A stretch of 64,000 bases of DNA, taken from positions 64,831 to 128,830 of the forward strand of contig CAWDBX010000011.1 of NCBI GenBank assembly GCA_963800645.1. Direction: 5' to 3'. A program made the position numbers and the translations under genes. Of the stretch, positions 39,182 to 49,909 are shown piece after piece (the stretch's first letter is position 1; each line of letters begins with the position of its first letter). Below the pieces are notes generated by a model, which searched no databases, had not been told where the DNA came from, and was given only the letters and a program-made list of their open reading frames with translations. This DNA comes from an uncultured Bacteroidales bacterium. GTDB taxonomy: Bacteria > Bacteroidota > Bacteroidia > Bacteroidales > UBA10428.

Positions 39182-42052
39182 ATGAATAATGACCATTTCG
39201 CTTACAGACATACCGGACCCCGGTTGGAGGAAATTCCATCCATGCTGGAAAAGGTTGGTGTAAGTTCACTGGATGAATTAATTGATAAAACGATTCCCGC
39301 CGGCATCAGGCTAAAAAATAATCTGCCATTAAAACCGGGAATAAGTGAGCAGGACTATCTGAACAGGATCCGTGAGATTGCTTCCCGGAACAGGCTGTTC
39401 AAAACTTATATTGGCATGGGTTATTACGGTACGATCATGCCTGCGGTTATTCAACGTAATATTCTGGAGAATCCGGGCTGGTATACTTCCTATACACCTT
39501 ATCAGGCTGAAATCTCGCAGGGAAGACTCGAGGCGCTCCTGAATTTCCAGACCGTGGTGCTGGAACTCACAGGCATGGAAATTGCCAACGCATCTTTGCT
39601 TGATGAAAGCACGGCAGCAGCAGAAGCCATGATCATGCTTTATAATGCCCGTCCGAAAGACACAGTAAACAGTGGTGCTAACCGGTTTTTTGTGGATCAG
39701 AATGTTTTTCCCCAAACCCTTGAGGTGGTTATTACCCGTGCCGGTATGCTGGGTATTGAGGTTTTAACCGGAGATTTCAATGACATGGATCTTTTACCGG
39801 TGTATACGGTGCGCTGGTTCAATATCCTGCCGGTGATGGTAAGGTAAGGGATTACCGTACTTTCGTTGACCAGTGCGCATTCCAGGAACATACCGGTTGT
39901 AGTGGCTGCTGATATTCTGAGTCTTGTTTTACTTGTGCCTCCTGGTCAATGGGGTGCCGATGTCGTTATTGGGTCTACACAAAGGTTCGGAATTCCCATG
40001 AACTATGGGGGACCTCATGCTGCATTTTTTGCAACACGGGAATTATACAAACGATATATTCCTGGTCAGGATAATTGGTGTGACCGTTGACAGGGATAAC
40101 AGGACGGCATTGCGTATGGCATTGCAAACCCGGGAGCAGCATATAAAAAGGGAAAGAGCCACATCGAATATTTGCACGGCCCAGGCTTTATTGGCCAGCA
40201 TGGCAGGTATGTATGCCGTGTACCATGGTCCCGAAGGATTTAAAAGCCATTGCCTCACGCATCCGTCAGCGGGCAGGCTCCTTGCGCGATAAGCTTGTTG
40301 AGTTGGGATATCATGAAGCAAACGTCGATTTTTTCGATACTTTGCATATTTACCCGCCAACCGGTATTTCGGTGGAAGAAATCAGGTCCGTTGCTGTTGA
40401 AAGGGAGCTCAATTTCAGATATTATACCGACAACAGTATTGGCATTGCCCTGGATGAAACTACCGGGGTGGATGATCTGAACAGGATCGTGGAAGTATTT
40501 GCCACTGCCGTCAGAAAATATGCCGGACTTATTTCGGAGGAGACTATCGGGGCTGACGGAATCCACAGGAAGTTCCTCCGGACCGACAATTTTATGAACC
40601 TCATTTTGTTCAGAAGATATCGTTGCGAAACCGAAATGATGCGTTATATTAAAACTTCTGGAAAGAAAGGATTTTTCACTCACACATGGTATGATCCCAT
40701 TGGGTTCCTGTACCATGAAGCTTAATGCTGCAGTGGAAATGCTCCCACTGAGCTGGCCCGAGTTTGGAAATATGCATCCTTTCGTTCCCCTGACCAGGCA
40801 GAAGGTTATCACCAGATATTCCACGAATTGGCGGGATTTCTTGAAATCCATCACCGGACTCGAAGAAGTTTCTTTTCAGCCAAACTCCGGAGCAGCGGGT
40901 GAATACGCCGGATTACTGGTGATCAGGAAGTACCTTGAAAGCAGAAATGAAGCTCACAGGGATATTGTTCTCATACCTGCGTCGGCACATGGTACCAATC
41001 CGGCCAGTGCAGCCATGGCAGGGATGAAGGTGGTAGTGGTCAATTGTGATGAAAAGGGAAATATCGAACTGTCCGATTTGAAAGCTAAGGCTGAGCTTCA
41101 TCAGGATAATCTGGCGGCTTTTATGGTCACCTATCCCTCCACCCATGGTGTATTTGAATCGGCCATACAGGAAATGTCTGCCTTGATTCATCAATACGGA
41201 GGTCAGGTATACATGGATGGAGCAAATATGAACGCACAGGTTGGCCTTACCAATCCTGCTCAGATTGGTGCAGATGTTTGCCATCTGAATCTGCATAAAA
41301 CCTTTGCCATACCCCATGGTGGTGGCGGACCCGGTGTGGGTCCCATAGTGGTGGCCAGCCATCTGGTGAAATTCTTGCCGGCCCACCCGGTGGTTCCCAC
41401 TGGCGGTGTACAGGGCATTACGGCCGTTGCCTCAGCACCCTGGGGAAGTGCCGGCATACTGACGATCTCACATGCCTATTGCTGTTTGCTTGGGGAAGAG
41501 GGATTATCCTATGCCACCAGGATAGCCATCTTAAATGCCAATTACCTGGCATCCTGCCTGAAAGATTATTACAAAGTATTGTATACCGGGGAAAATGGCT
41601 ATGTGGGACATGAAATGATCCTTGATTGCAGGGGTTTTAAAGCTGTTTCCGATATAACTGAAACCGATATTGCCAAAAGGCTTATGGATTATGGATTTCA
41701 TGCACCAACCCTTTCATTCCCGGTTCATGGCACATTGATGGTGGAACCCACGGAAAGTGAATCGCTTTATGAACTCAATCGGTTTGCGGAGGCATTGATT
41801 GCTATTCATAAAGAGATTGAAGCCATTAAGGACAGCGGAAATAAAACGGATAATCCATTGAAAAATGCCCCTCATACCCAGCTGGTGATTTCTGCAGAGA
41901 ACTGGGATCACCCATATACCAGGAAACAAGCAGCTTTTCCCAGTGAATCAAGTGAACGAAACAAGTTCTGGCCCTCAGTCAGCAGGGTTGATGATGCATT
42001 TGGCGACCGGAACCTGGTGTGTACGTGTATTCCAATTGACGCTTACCGGTAG
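39182..42052 (+). pseudogene. gcvP: glycine dehydrogenase (decarboxylating) GcvP, about 4 frameshifts between 39850 and 40720
   Basis: Five consecutive overlapping ORF fragments cover one protein of about 950 aa (..YTPYQAEISQGRLEALLNFQT.., ..[22 protein letters not shown].., ..[17 protein letters not shown]..). Confidence 0.9.
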
Positions 42053-42106
42053 TTTTTTGAATTAGTATACAGCCGAAATTTATTTTTAAGCTTTTTTTTC
42101 GTATAC

Positions 42107-42769
42107 TTGTTCAATACCCGACAATTTTTTGAATTGAAGGGTTACTTTTTCTCATTTCACAGTATTAAGCATCTGATGAGGTCAATGAAGTATTCAGACG
42201 CGGAACTTCTTAACGGATTGATAACCCGGGATGAAAAAGTTCTCCGGGAGTATTATGCGCTTTATTATCCGGGTATTCGGCGTTTTATAATTTCGAACAA
42301 TGGCAGCGAGGAAGATGCAAGGGACCTGTTTCAGGATGCATTGTTGGTTATATTTCAGAAAGTTCGTGGAGGACAATTTGAACTTACCTGTTCTTTAGGA
42401 ACGTACATCTATTCCATATCGCGGTTTTTATGGCTGAAAGAGTTGAACAAACGAAAATGGGTAACCCGTAAATCCTTTGATCTTGAGGATTACATCGATA
42501 CCGGTTCGGATATAGGCCAAATCAGCGAACATAATGAACGAATGAAACTGTACAGGGCATATTTTGACAAGCTCTCCTCCGATTGCCGGAAAGTTTTGAG
42601 CCTGTTCATGGAAGGTCATTCCATTGCTGAGATTACCGTTATAATGGGATACAGCAGTGAACAGCATACCCGAAATCGTCGATACCGCTGCAAAACCTCA
42701 TTGATTGACAGTATCAGAACTGAATATGGTCATGAATTAGTTGCTTATGGAAACGACAAGGATAATTGA
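42107..42769 (+). CDS. sigma-70 family (ECF-like) RNA polymerase sigma factor
   Basis: Region 2 (..ARDLFQDALLVIFQKV..) and the region 4 HTH (..CRKVLSLFMEGHSIAEITVIMGYSSEQHTRNRRYRCK..). The real start is probably an internal Met (MKYSDAELL..). Confidence 0.8.
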   Translation: MFNTRQFFELKGYFFSFHSIKHLMRSMKYSDAELLNGLITRDEKVLREYYALYYPGIRRFIISNNGSEEDARDLFQDALLVIFQKVRGGQFELTCSLGTYIYSISRFLWLKELNKRKWVTRKSFDLEDYIDTGSDIGQISEHNERMKLYRAYFDKLSSDCRKVLSLFMEGHSIAEITVIMGYSSEQHTRNRRYRCKTSLIDSIRTEYGHELVAYGNDKDN

Positions 42770-43508
42770 ACAATATTTTGACGGCACGCTGAGTGAGGAA
42801 GAAAAGCATGCCGTTGAAAGCCGGATTCACCTGGATAAAGAATTCCGGGAGCTGATCAGGCTGCACAAAGATGTCAATGAAAGTATCAGGGACAATGATC
42901 TTCACTTGCTTCGTGATCGCATCGGGGATATTGGCAGGGACTACCTCGACAATCCAGATTCAGCTTCGCAGAAAAGATGGAAAAAACAAAACAGGATATC
43001 TTATGCGAATGTTTTCCGTATCGCCGCTGTATTTATCTTGGTTGTAGCTGCAGGGGTCGTTCTCAAACTGACCGTTTTTAGCCACACCTCTGCTGAGGGT
43101 CTTTACACTAAGTTTTATAATGCTTATGACGCTGACATGGTGTTGCGGTCTCCTCAGGATGAAGAAAAAGCCCTCGATAAAGCAATCAGGCAGTATGATC
43201 TGGGCAATTATTCGGAGGCTCTGGCATTGCTTGATGAAAGCATGCTTAATCACCCCGGGGATTATCTGGCTTTGTTCTACAGGGGTCTTGTATGCCTGGA
43301 GACCGGGGACACACCACGGGCCATCCAATCCTTTATTGCAATTCCGGGCGACTGGAACAGCCCGTTTAATGAACATCTTCACTGGTATTTAGCCCTGGCG
43401 CATCTTAAAAACAACAGCAAACCAGCAGCTGAAGAAATACTTGGCCAGATCAGTTCTGGCGGGGGATTCTATGCGGAACGGGCAAAATTGATTTTGAAGA
43501 AGCTTTAG
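42747..43508 (+). CDS. single-pass membrane protein with extracytoplasmic TPR domain (anti-sigma-like)
   Basis: It overlaps the sigma gene 3' end by 23 nt (29 nt if the TTG at 42741 is used). The N-terminus is METTRIIEQYFDGTLSEEEKHAVE.., the TM helix is ..VFRIAAVFILVVAAGVVL.., and TPR-like helices follow. Confidence 0.5.
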   Translation: METTRIIEQYFDGTLSEEEKHAVESRIHLDKEFRELIRLHKDVNESIRDNDLHLLRDRIGDIGRDYLDNPDSASQKRWKKQNRISYANVFRIAAVFILVVAAGVVLKLTVFSHTSAEGLYTKFYNAYDADMVLRSPQDEEKALDKAIRQYDLGNYSEALALLDESMLNHPGDYLALFYRGLVCLETGDTPRAIQSFIAIPGDWNSPFNEHLHWYLALAHLKNNSKPAAEEILGQISSGGGFYAERAKLILKKL

Positions 43509-46500
43509 CCCTGAATCTCCTGTACAAAAAAAATACCAATATAATGATGAACGCGGGAATGGTAAGGATCAGCCATGCATAAATCCTTATCATGGGCACC
43601 GGTGCCGTTTTTCCGACAATAACATAACCTGCCCAGTAAAAGGGATGTGCTTTTACAGGTTCTGCTTTTTCAAGAAAACTTAGTTTTGCCTCCTGCAGGG
43701 CATTATCGAGGGTTTGCCGGTGCCGGAGTCCCTGATAAAAAAATTTGACCAGACTTGAACCTGCCTGATCAGCAACCGGCCAAATTGTATAGGCCACTGT
43801 CCGTACACCGGTATAAAAAAAACTCCGGGCAATACTGACCAGGCCTTCACTGTTGCGCAACAATCCATAGCCGGTGTTGCATCCGCTTAATACTACCAGT
43901 TGTGCATCCAGGTCCATCTGCATAAGCTCATAGGAATAGAGATTGCCATCTTCGTTTGAATCGGCAGGGGCAGTCATTACCAGGCACGATAAACCGGGAT
44001 TTTTCTCATCCACAATCGTATGCGAGGCAATATGCAATACCCGGTAACGGTTTGCACGGGCTTTAAAAGTTGATTTATCGGCCTTGATTCCCCGGTAAAG
44101 TCTGCCTCCTGTCAGGTTTTTTATTGTCCGGGCTTCAGAAGCTGCCCCTTCAAGAGCCAACAGACCGTTACTTCCTGCACTGTTGTTTCCCGGTTTGTAT
44201 TCGGGCAGAAAAATAGCCGTTCCGGTACCATACTTTCTTTCGCGGTCCCGGTCAATTAACAGGTTGGCGGAGAAGGCATAGGCAACAGGGAATTCCCGGA
44301 TCAGGTACTGGAGTGATCTGTAATCGGGTGGACCATCGTTCACCGGACGCTTTTTGATCAAAACCTCAAAGGGCAACAAAGTAAGCTGGTTATGCGGGAT
44401 AATGATGAGCCGTTTGTTTTTGATCTTGTCGTAAACGGGTTCAATTAATTTCGTGTAGAGGTAATGGGAAGATTCGGTAAATTCCCGATAATTTATTTCC
44501 GGATCGGTTTGCAGGGGATTTGAGACAAGAGCATCGCGTAGTTTGGCAATACTCCGGGCTACCTGTTTATCAATAAATTGGAAGTGAATATGAAAATCGC
44601 TCTTCGTGATCACAAAGGTGATGATTTCTGTACTTAATAACTGATATTCCAAAACAACCTGATCATTATCAAGAGCTTGCTGAATCTGGTCCACTCCGGC
44701 CACGGTAAAATTGTATTTCAGCCGCTTGTACACCGGGTAGTTTTCGTCCAGGTAAGCTGTCAGAGCATCCCGCTTACCATATAACCGGGCCAGTTTATTC
44801 AATGCCCCGTCCTTTGATCCGTTGTTTCTTCCATACTTTTCATCAAGGGCCAGCTGGTTCTCGATTTCCAGGATCTCATTATTCAGGATTTCATTCTTTC
44901 TGACCAGCGAATCGGGCAGGCCGGAGTATAGCAGGTTATTTTTCTTCATGGTATTAATGGATAATACCTGCATCTTACTCTTCTCGGCATATTCCCATGC
45001 TTTTTCGGCATACTGTTTTTCACCCGTTCTCAGATAGAGCAATACGGCATAACTTACCGTGTTGTTCATGGGTATCCGGATAAGGTCGGCTATGATCATG
45101 CCGGACTTTTCCTCATCTATATCAATTACCCTTTTCTCAATTAGTTTCACGGCCAGTTCCTGACATTTTAAGGAGTTCACCAGGTGGCTCAAAGGATTTT
45201 CCTCCTTTTCATATATCGAGTAAAAAATATACGCTTTAATGGTCAGGCATTTTATCAGGTTTTGGGTCAGTACGATATCCTCCAGGACCGGATTGGCATA
45301 GACTGATGTATCACTAAAGGAATGACAGCCTGCAATGATGGACTGCTGAAGACAGGATAAAGCTTTCAGGTGATTACCGGTGGTATTGTAAGAATTACCC
45401 AATTCCCTGTAAATATTGCTGATCACATTTCCTTTCAGGGAATTTTTTCTGGCAAGCTCAAGTCCCCTGTAGAAATAATTTCGGGCTGTAATATGTTTAT
45501 TTTCAAGAAGAAATATACGGCCCAATTCATGATAGGCAAGTGAGCCATGGTAGTTATTTCGGTACGACTCATTTTCTGAGGCAAGGGCAATAACTTGATT
45601 GAGATTTTTTATGGCAGATGCCTTGTCATTTAACATACTGTAAGATAGCCCTTTAATATAATACATGTACGTCGGGGAGACGCTCGTTTGTTGCATTTTG
45701 GTGATGGCCTGGTTACAAAAAGCGATGGTCTTTTCATAGTCCCGTTCAAGCCAGAAGTAACCATCGGCCACAGTATAATAATTCAACCTTATGTAATTAT
45801 TTAAGAAAGAATACTTTGAAATAATCTCAAGGGCATGTTTGCTGTATTGAAGCGCATTTTCAAAATCACACCTGGAATATTCCATTTGAGCTTCACGTGT
45901 GTAGAAAATGCCGGCATAAAAGTGATCGGAAGGGAAAAACTTATCCAGGATGAAGGTTATATTCCGTGAAAAATCCTTGGTAATGGAGAATTGATCATAG
46001 AAGTCAAACCGGTTTTCGTGAAGTCTGAGATATACCTCCAGTAACGCTGGATGTAAAGGATCTGCAAGGGTATCGAGATATTCCAGACAGTCCCTGAACA
46101 GCCTTCTGGATCGGGTTTTTTCATTATTTGACCAACAGGCATCGGCCATTTTAGCTTTAAGACCGATCGGTCCGTGAAGGTTGGGCATTTTTCGACCAGA
46201 CTGGATTTCAAAAGCCAGCCGGTAGGATTCTATTGCGGCAGGGTATTCTCCCTGCTGATAAAGAACGCATCCCAGGGCATCCTTTAACCTGGCACCCTCC
46301 ATGGGATTGAGGTTTTCAATAAGCCCGACATATGATCCGGCACGGCGAAGCCATTGCAATGATTCCGTATTTTTACCATCAAAATGCAAATACCTTCCTT
46401 TCTGAAGAGCGTGCAGAAATTGTAAGGGTGGTCCCGGAAGCCGGAGATGTACCATTATTTTTTCAGCCTCGTCAAGCATCTCTTTTGCAGCGCCGGTGTT

Positions 46501-46764
46501 GCCCTGCCTAAGATATACTTCGCTGGTTTTCAATAGCCATGCTGCCTCATCTCCATCATCGGACAAAGAATGCTGGCCATTATGCCTGGCAAGTTGTAAT
46601 GCTTTCTCAAACTGGCAGTTCTGCAAACAGCTGTAAAAAATTGAATCCGCACTACCTTCGGCCTCCTTAAAACCTGAGGAATGACCAGTTAAATCCAACA
46701 TACCACAGTAACAGAAAAGGAGGAGGATTACCAGGCGGGATATTATGGGAAGGAAAGAGGACAT
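43450..46764 (-). CDS. TPR-repeat CHAT-domain (caspase-like) protease, membrane-anchored
   Basis: 1104 aa, intact. It has an N-terminal hydrophobic segment and about 800 aa of TPR-like repeats. The CHAT dyad is His915 (..VLHIASHT.., 44020-44022) and Cys962 (..VVLSGCNTG.., 43879-43881). A C-terminal TM helix follows. Confidence 0.85.
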   Translation of the reverse strand: MSSFLPIISRLVILLLFCYCGMLDLTGHSSGFKEAEGSADSIFYSCLQNCQFEKALQLARHNGQHSLSDDGDEAAWLLKTSEVYLRQGNTGAAKEMLDEAEKIMVHLRLPGPPLQFLHALQKGRYLHFDGKNTESLQWLRRAGSYVGLIENLNPMEGARLKDALGCVLYQQGEYPAAIESYRLAFEIQSGRKMPNLHGPIGLKAKMADACWSNNEKTRSRRLFRDCLEYLDTLADPLHPALLEVYLRLHENRFDFYDQFSITKDFSRNITFILDKFFPSDHFYAGIFYTREAQMEYSRCDFENALQYSKHALEIISKYSFLNNYIRLNYYTVADGYFWLERDYEKTIAFCNQAITKMQQTSVSPTYMYYIKGLSYSMLNDKASAIKNLNQVIALASENESYRNNYHGSLAYHELGRIFLLENKHITARNYFYRGLELARKNSLKGNVISNIYRELGNSYNTTGNHLKALSCLQQSIIAGCHSFSDTSVYANPVLEDIVLTQNLIKCLTIKAYIFYSIYEKEENPLSHLVNSLKCQELAVKLIEKRVIDIDEEKSGMIIADLIRIPMNNTVSYAVLLYLRTGEKQYAEKAWEYAEKSKMQVLSINTMKKNNLLYSGLPDSLVRKNEILNNEILEIENQLALDEKYGRNNGSKDGALNKLARLYGKRDALTAYLDENYPVYKRLKYNFTVAGVDQIQQALDNDQVVLEYQLLSTEIITFVITKSDFHIHFQFIDKQVARSIAKLRDALVSNPLQTDPEINYREFTESSHYLYTKLIEPVYDKIKNKRLIIIPHNQLTLLPFEVLIKKRPVNDGPPDYRSLQYLIREFPVAYAFSANLLIDRDRERKYGTGTAIFLPEYKPGNNSAGSNGLLALEGAASEARTIKNLTGGRLYRGIKADKSTFKARANRYRVLHIASHTIVDEKNPGLSCLVMTAPADSNEDGNLYSYELMQMDLDAQLVVLSGCNTGYGLLRNSEGLVSIARSFFYTGVRTVAYTIWPVADQAGSSLVKFFYQGLRHRQTLDNALQEAKLSFLEKAEPVKAHPFYWAGYVIVGKTAPVPMIRIYAWLILTIPAFIIILVFFLYRRFRAKASSKSILPVPHRIPRQN

Positions 46765-46864
46765 GCGGGATGATTGTTTCTGATATTAAAAATAAGCATA
46801 AACGCTATTGACTTTAACTTTGAAATGCATTATTTTTAAAGTTATTCATTAATACCTTTTAGTT

Positions 46865-46978
46865 ATGGAGGAGTTAGAACAATCAAAATTATTGGCAAAG
46901 AGCAGCAGCAAGGTACCGGAACCGCAACCTCCGGATCCTGAGCCTGAACCAGGTGAACCTGGTGACCCGGATGATTAG
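46865..46978 (+). CDS. possible 37-aa acidic Pro-rich small ORF (speculative)
   Basis: MEELEQSKLLAKSSSKVPEPQPPDPEPEPGEPGDPDD. It is a GC-rich island in an AT-rich intergenic region and diverges from the CHAT gene. I have no homology evidence. Confidence 0.2.
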   Translation: MEELEQSKLLAKSSSKVPEPQPPDPEPEPGEPGDPDD

Positions 46979-48024
46979 GATGAAACCTGACCGGTTGATT
47001 CATTGCGGTCAGCTACGTAATTTCGCCATTTTTCAATAAGAAGTTGCATATCAGCTGGCAAGGGTGAGTCAAAAAACATTTCCTTTCCGGATTCGGGATG
47101 TCTGAAACCTAGTGATTTAGCGTGGAGGGCGTGACGTGGTATAAGTGAGAAGCAGTTTTCAACAAACTGCCGGTATTTTGAAAAAACCGTACCCCGCAGG
47201 ATTTGGTTCCCGCCATAACGCTCGTCATTAAAAACAGGGTGCCTGATATGCTCCATATGAACCCTGATCTGGTGGGTACGGCCTGTCTCCAGCCGGCACT
47301 CAATGAGACTTACATATCCCAGTGGTTCCAGCATTCTGTAATGGGTAATAGCAGGTTTCCCGGATTCCCCATCGGGAAAAACCTGCATTTTAAGGCGGTC
47401 CCTTATGCAGCGACCTATATTTCCGGTAATGGTACCTTCCGGCGGATCGAAGGTTCCCCATACCACCGCATGATAGTTTCTCTTTGTAGTCCGATCGAAG
47501 AACTGTTTGGCCAGCCGGTTCAATGCCAGTTCCGTTTTGGCCACGACCAGTATACCCGAAGTATCTTTGTCAATTCGGTGAACCAAACCGGGCCTGATCT
47601 CACCTGATTGGAAAAGAGGTACATCTTTCAGATGCCAGCAAAGTGCGTTAACCAGGGTGCCGGTATAATTACCATGGCCGGGATGGACCACCATTCCCGC
47701 CTCCTTATTCACCACGATCAGATGCTCATCTTCAAACAGAATATTAATGGGGATATTCTCAGGAAGGATCTCATATTCACGGTGAGGATAGGGGAGCACA
47801 ACGGTGATCACATCGGCTGGTTTGACCCTGTAATTAGATTTTACGGAGCCGTTGTTTACGAGAACATTACCAGCTTTAACAGCCATTTGTATTTTATTCC
47901 GGGAAACATTTTCGAGCCGGTTGAATAGAAATTTGTCGACCCGCAGCAATCCCTGGCCTTTATCGGCAACTATGCGGTGATGTTCATATAGTTCCGACTG
48001 ATCAAATAATTCTTCCTGCATCAT
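46975..48024 (-). CDS. rluD: RluA-family 23S rRNA pseudouridine synthase (RluD-like)
   Basis: N-terminal S4 domain and the ..HRIDKDTSGILVVAK.. catalytic motif. Confidence 0.9.
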   Translation of the reverse strand: MMQEELFDQSELYEHHRIVADKGQGLLRVDKFLFNRLENVSRNKIQMAVKAGNVLVNNGSVKSNYRVKPADVITVVLPYPHREYEILPENIPINILFEDEHLIVVNKEAGMVVHPGHGNYTGTLVNALCWHLKDVPLFQSGEIRPGLVHRIDKDTSGILVVAKTELALNRLAKQFFDRTTKRNYHAVVWGTFDPPEGTITGNIGRCIRDRLKMQVFPDGESGKPAITHYRMLEPLGYVSLIECRLETGRTHQIRVHMEHIRHPVFNDERYGGNQILRGTVFSKYRQFVENCFSLIPRHALHAKSLGFRHPESGKEMFFDSPLPADMQLLIEKWRNYVADRNESTGQVSS

Positions 48025-48032
48025 CCTTTGCT

Positions 48033-49909
48033 TTAATGACCAACAACTATTTTGCGGCTGATGATGCGTTCATGATCCGTGTATAGGATCACCTGATAAA
48101 TGCCTGGGGGGAAACCTGAAACATCGAGAAAATCAAACTGGTCCTGCAACTGTGAAACCAATCTGCCATAAACGTCATATACATATACCCGGCTTATGGC
48201 AATGCCGTTTGACTGGATGAAAAGCCTTCCGGACACAGGATTAGGAAATAAAATAATGTCGGCCGGTGTGTCAGGGATCTCTCCTGTGCCGGTCACCACG
48301 TCCTTGCTCCCAAACACTGCTCTGATCATGACAGATCCCGGAATAATGCTGTTGCCCGGATTGTACCATTCTCCGGAGGTATTTACAAATGTCCTGTCGA
48401 CATTATTGCGGTTCACATCGTAACCCAGGTTAAGAAATTCATCCGTAACCTGCTTCCATCCGACATAAACTACCGTATCGGTTATCAAAAGGCCAGGATC
48501 TGAACTTAAGGCATAACGCTTAAATTGTGGTATTCCCGATCCAAGATCAGGTCTGAACTCTTCGGGTGAAAGATACAGAAGCTCGCCTGGTTTTCCTCCG
48601 TCATCCTTCCATACACAAATTTGAAATCCAAGTTCAGCATTGTAATTGTCCCGGGCTTTATTGAAAAACATATCCAGAGCTCTTAAGGTATCGGATTTGT
48701 ACACTCTGAAACGGTATGCCAGCAAAGCTCCTGCCATGGACGGACCTGAAATGCCAAAGCCATATTCCGGCGTGCCGTCATCATAGGCATAGTAATCTTT
48801 GAAATTCAGAACAGTTTTGGCCGTATCATTTGGTTTATACTGACCTTCAGGGGTGATGAGGAAGCCTCCGACCTCAAAGCTTCCCTCGTCGGAATCATCA
48901 TTGCGGGTGAAGGGGGCAATAAAGGGATCGTTTCTGCGGATAATTTCCTCGGGGTCAAAATCATCAAAAAATTCCTCCGAATATTCGATAAATCCGGTAT
49001 GGAGATTTTTGGCATAATAACTTCTGCCAAGATTCAAAATTCTATCCTTCTGCAGGTTGCGAAAAACAAATTGCAGATAGTTGCGGGTAATGCTCTGGGC
49101 GTCATTGAGGTGTTGCCAGGGGATGATCTCGTAAAAATCCATCAGATTTCTGGGGGGCTCTATAAGTGCAATATCGTTGATGAACCGGTGATCAATAGAA
49201 GGCAGGGTATTCATCATGATATAATCAATATTCCAGCAATCGACATTACTCAATGCACCCTCGCCACCGGCAACTTCCTCGGGTGAAAGGCTGGTATAAT
49301 TCCTGAACCTGAAGCGAAAACCACTTTGGTAATATGTTTCAGGCACCGGCAGGATCACTTGCTGAAACAGGGTGGCTGTATCCAGAATGGCAAACCATTC
49401 TTTGTTCCATCGGTTCTCAGCAGGTGAATAAAACTCCAGCAAAAGGGAGTCCTTTATCTCCGGGACCTCTCCCTTACCGCCTGATTGATAAAAAAAACTA
49501 AGGATGACCGTATCCTCCGGTAATGAGTAGGATGACAGATCAAAGCCCTGGCTAGTAAGTACATCCGACGAGGCGGGCCAACTGGTCTGGGCATAAACGT
49601 TACCGTTTTCATCAATGGCATCGAGGGTCGCCACACCTATTGACATGGGATCCTTGCCGAAGGAATTGTTAATAAAAACATACTGGTCGGTCCACTTGCA
49701 GGATCAGGAAAAACACCTTCGGAAGAGAAATCTTCAAAAAAGGGAAGGGTCAGTAATGGGGCGGCTTTAGCTGACTTTAACGTATAGGGATGGTCCAGCC
49801 GGTATTTTTTTATCACCTGGTTTTCCGTAAGTCCCTGCAGACTTTGAGCGGTAAGCCTTGAACCGGCGAGTAAAAGCAGAAGACAGCATATGTATCGGAA
49901 GCGGTTCAT
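48033..49909 (-). pseudogene. T9SS-sorted secreted protein, function unknown; one frameshift near 49640
   Basis: Signal peptide MNRFRYICCLLLLLAGSRLTAQ. The C-terminal roughly 75 aa (..ILFPNPVSGRLFIQ...PGIYQVILYTD..) form a type A Por/T9SS sorting domain. Confidence 0.75.
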
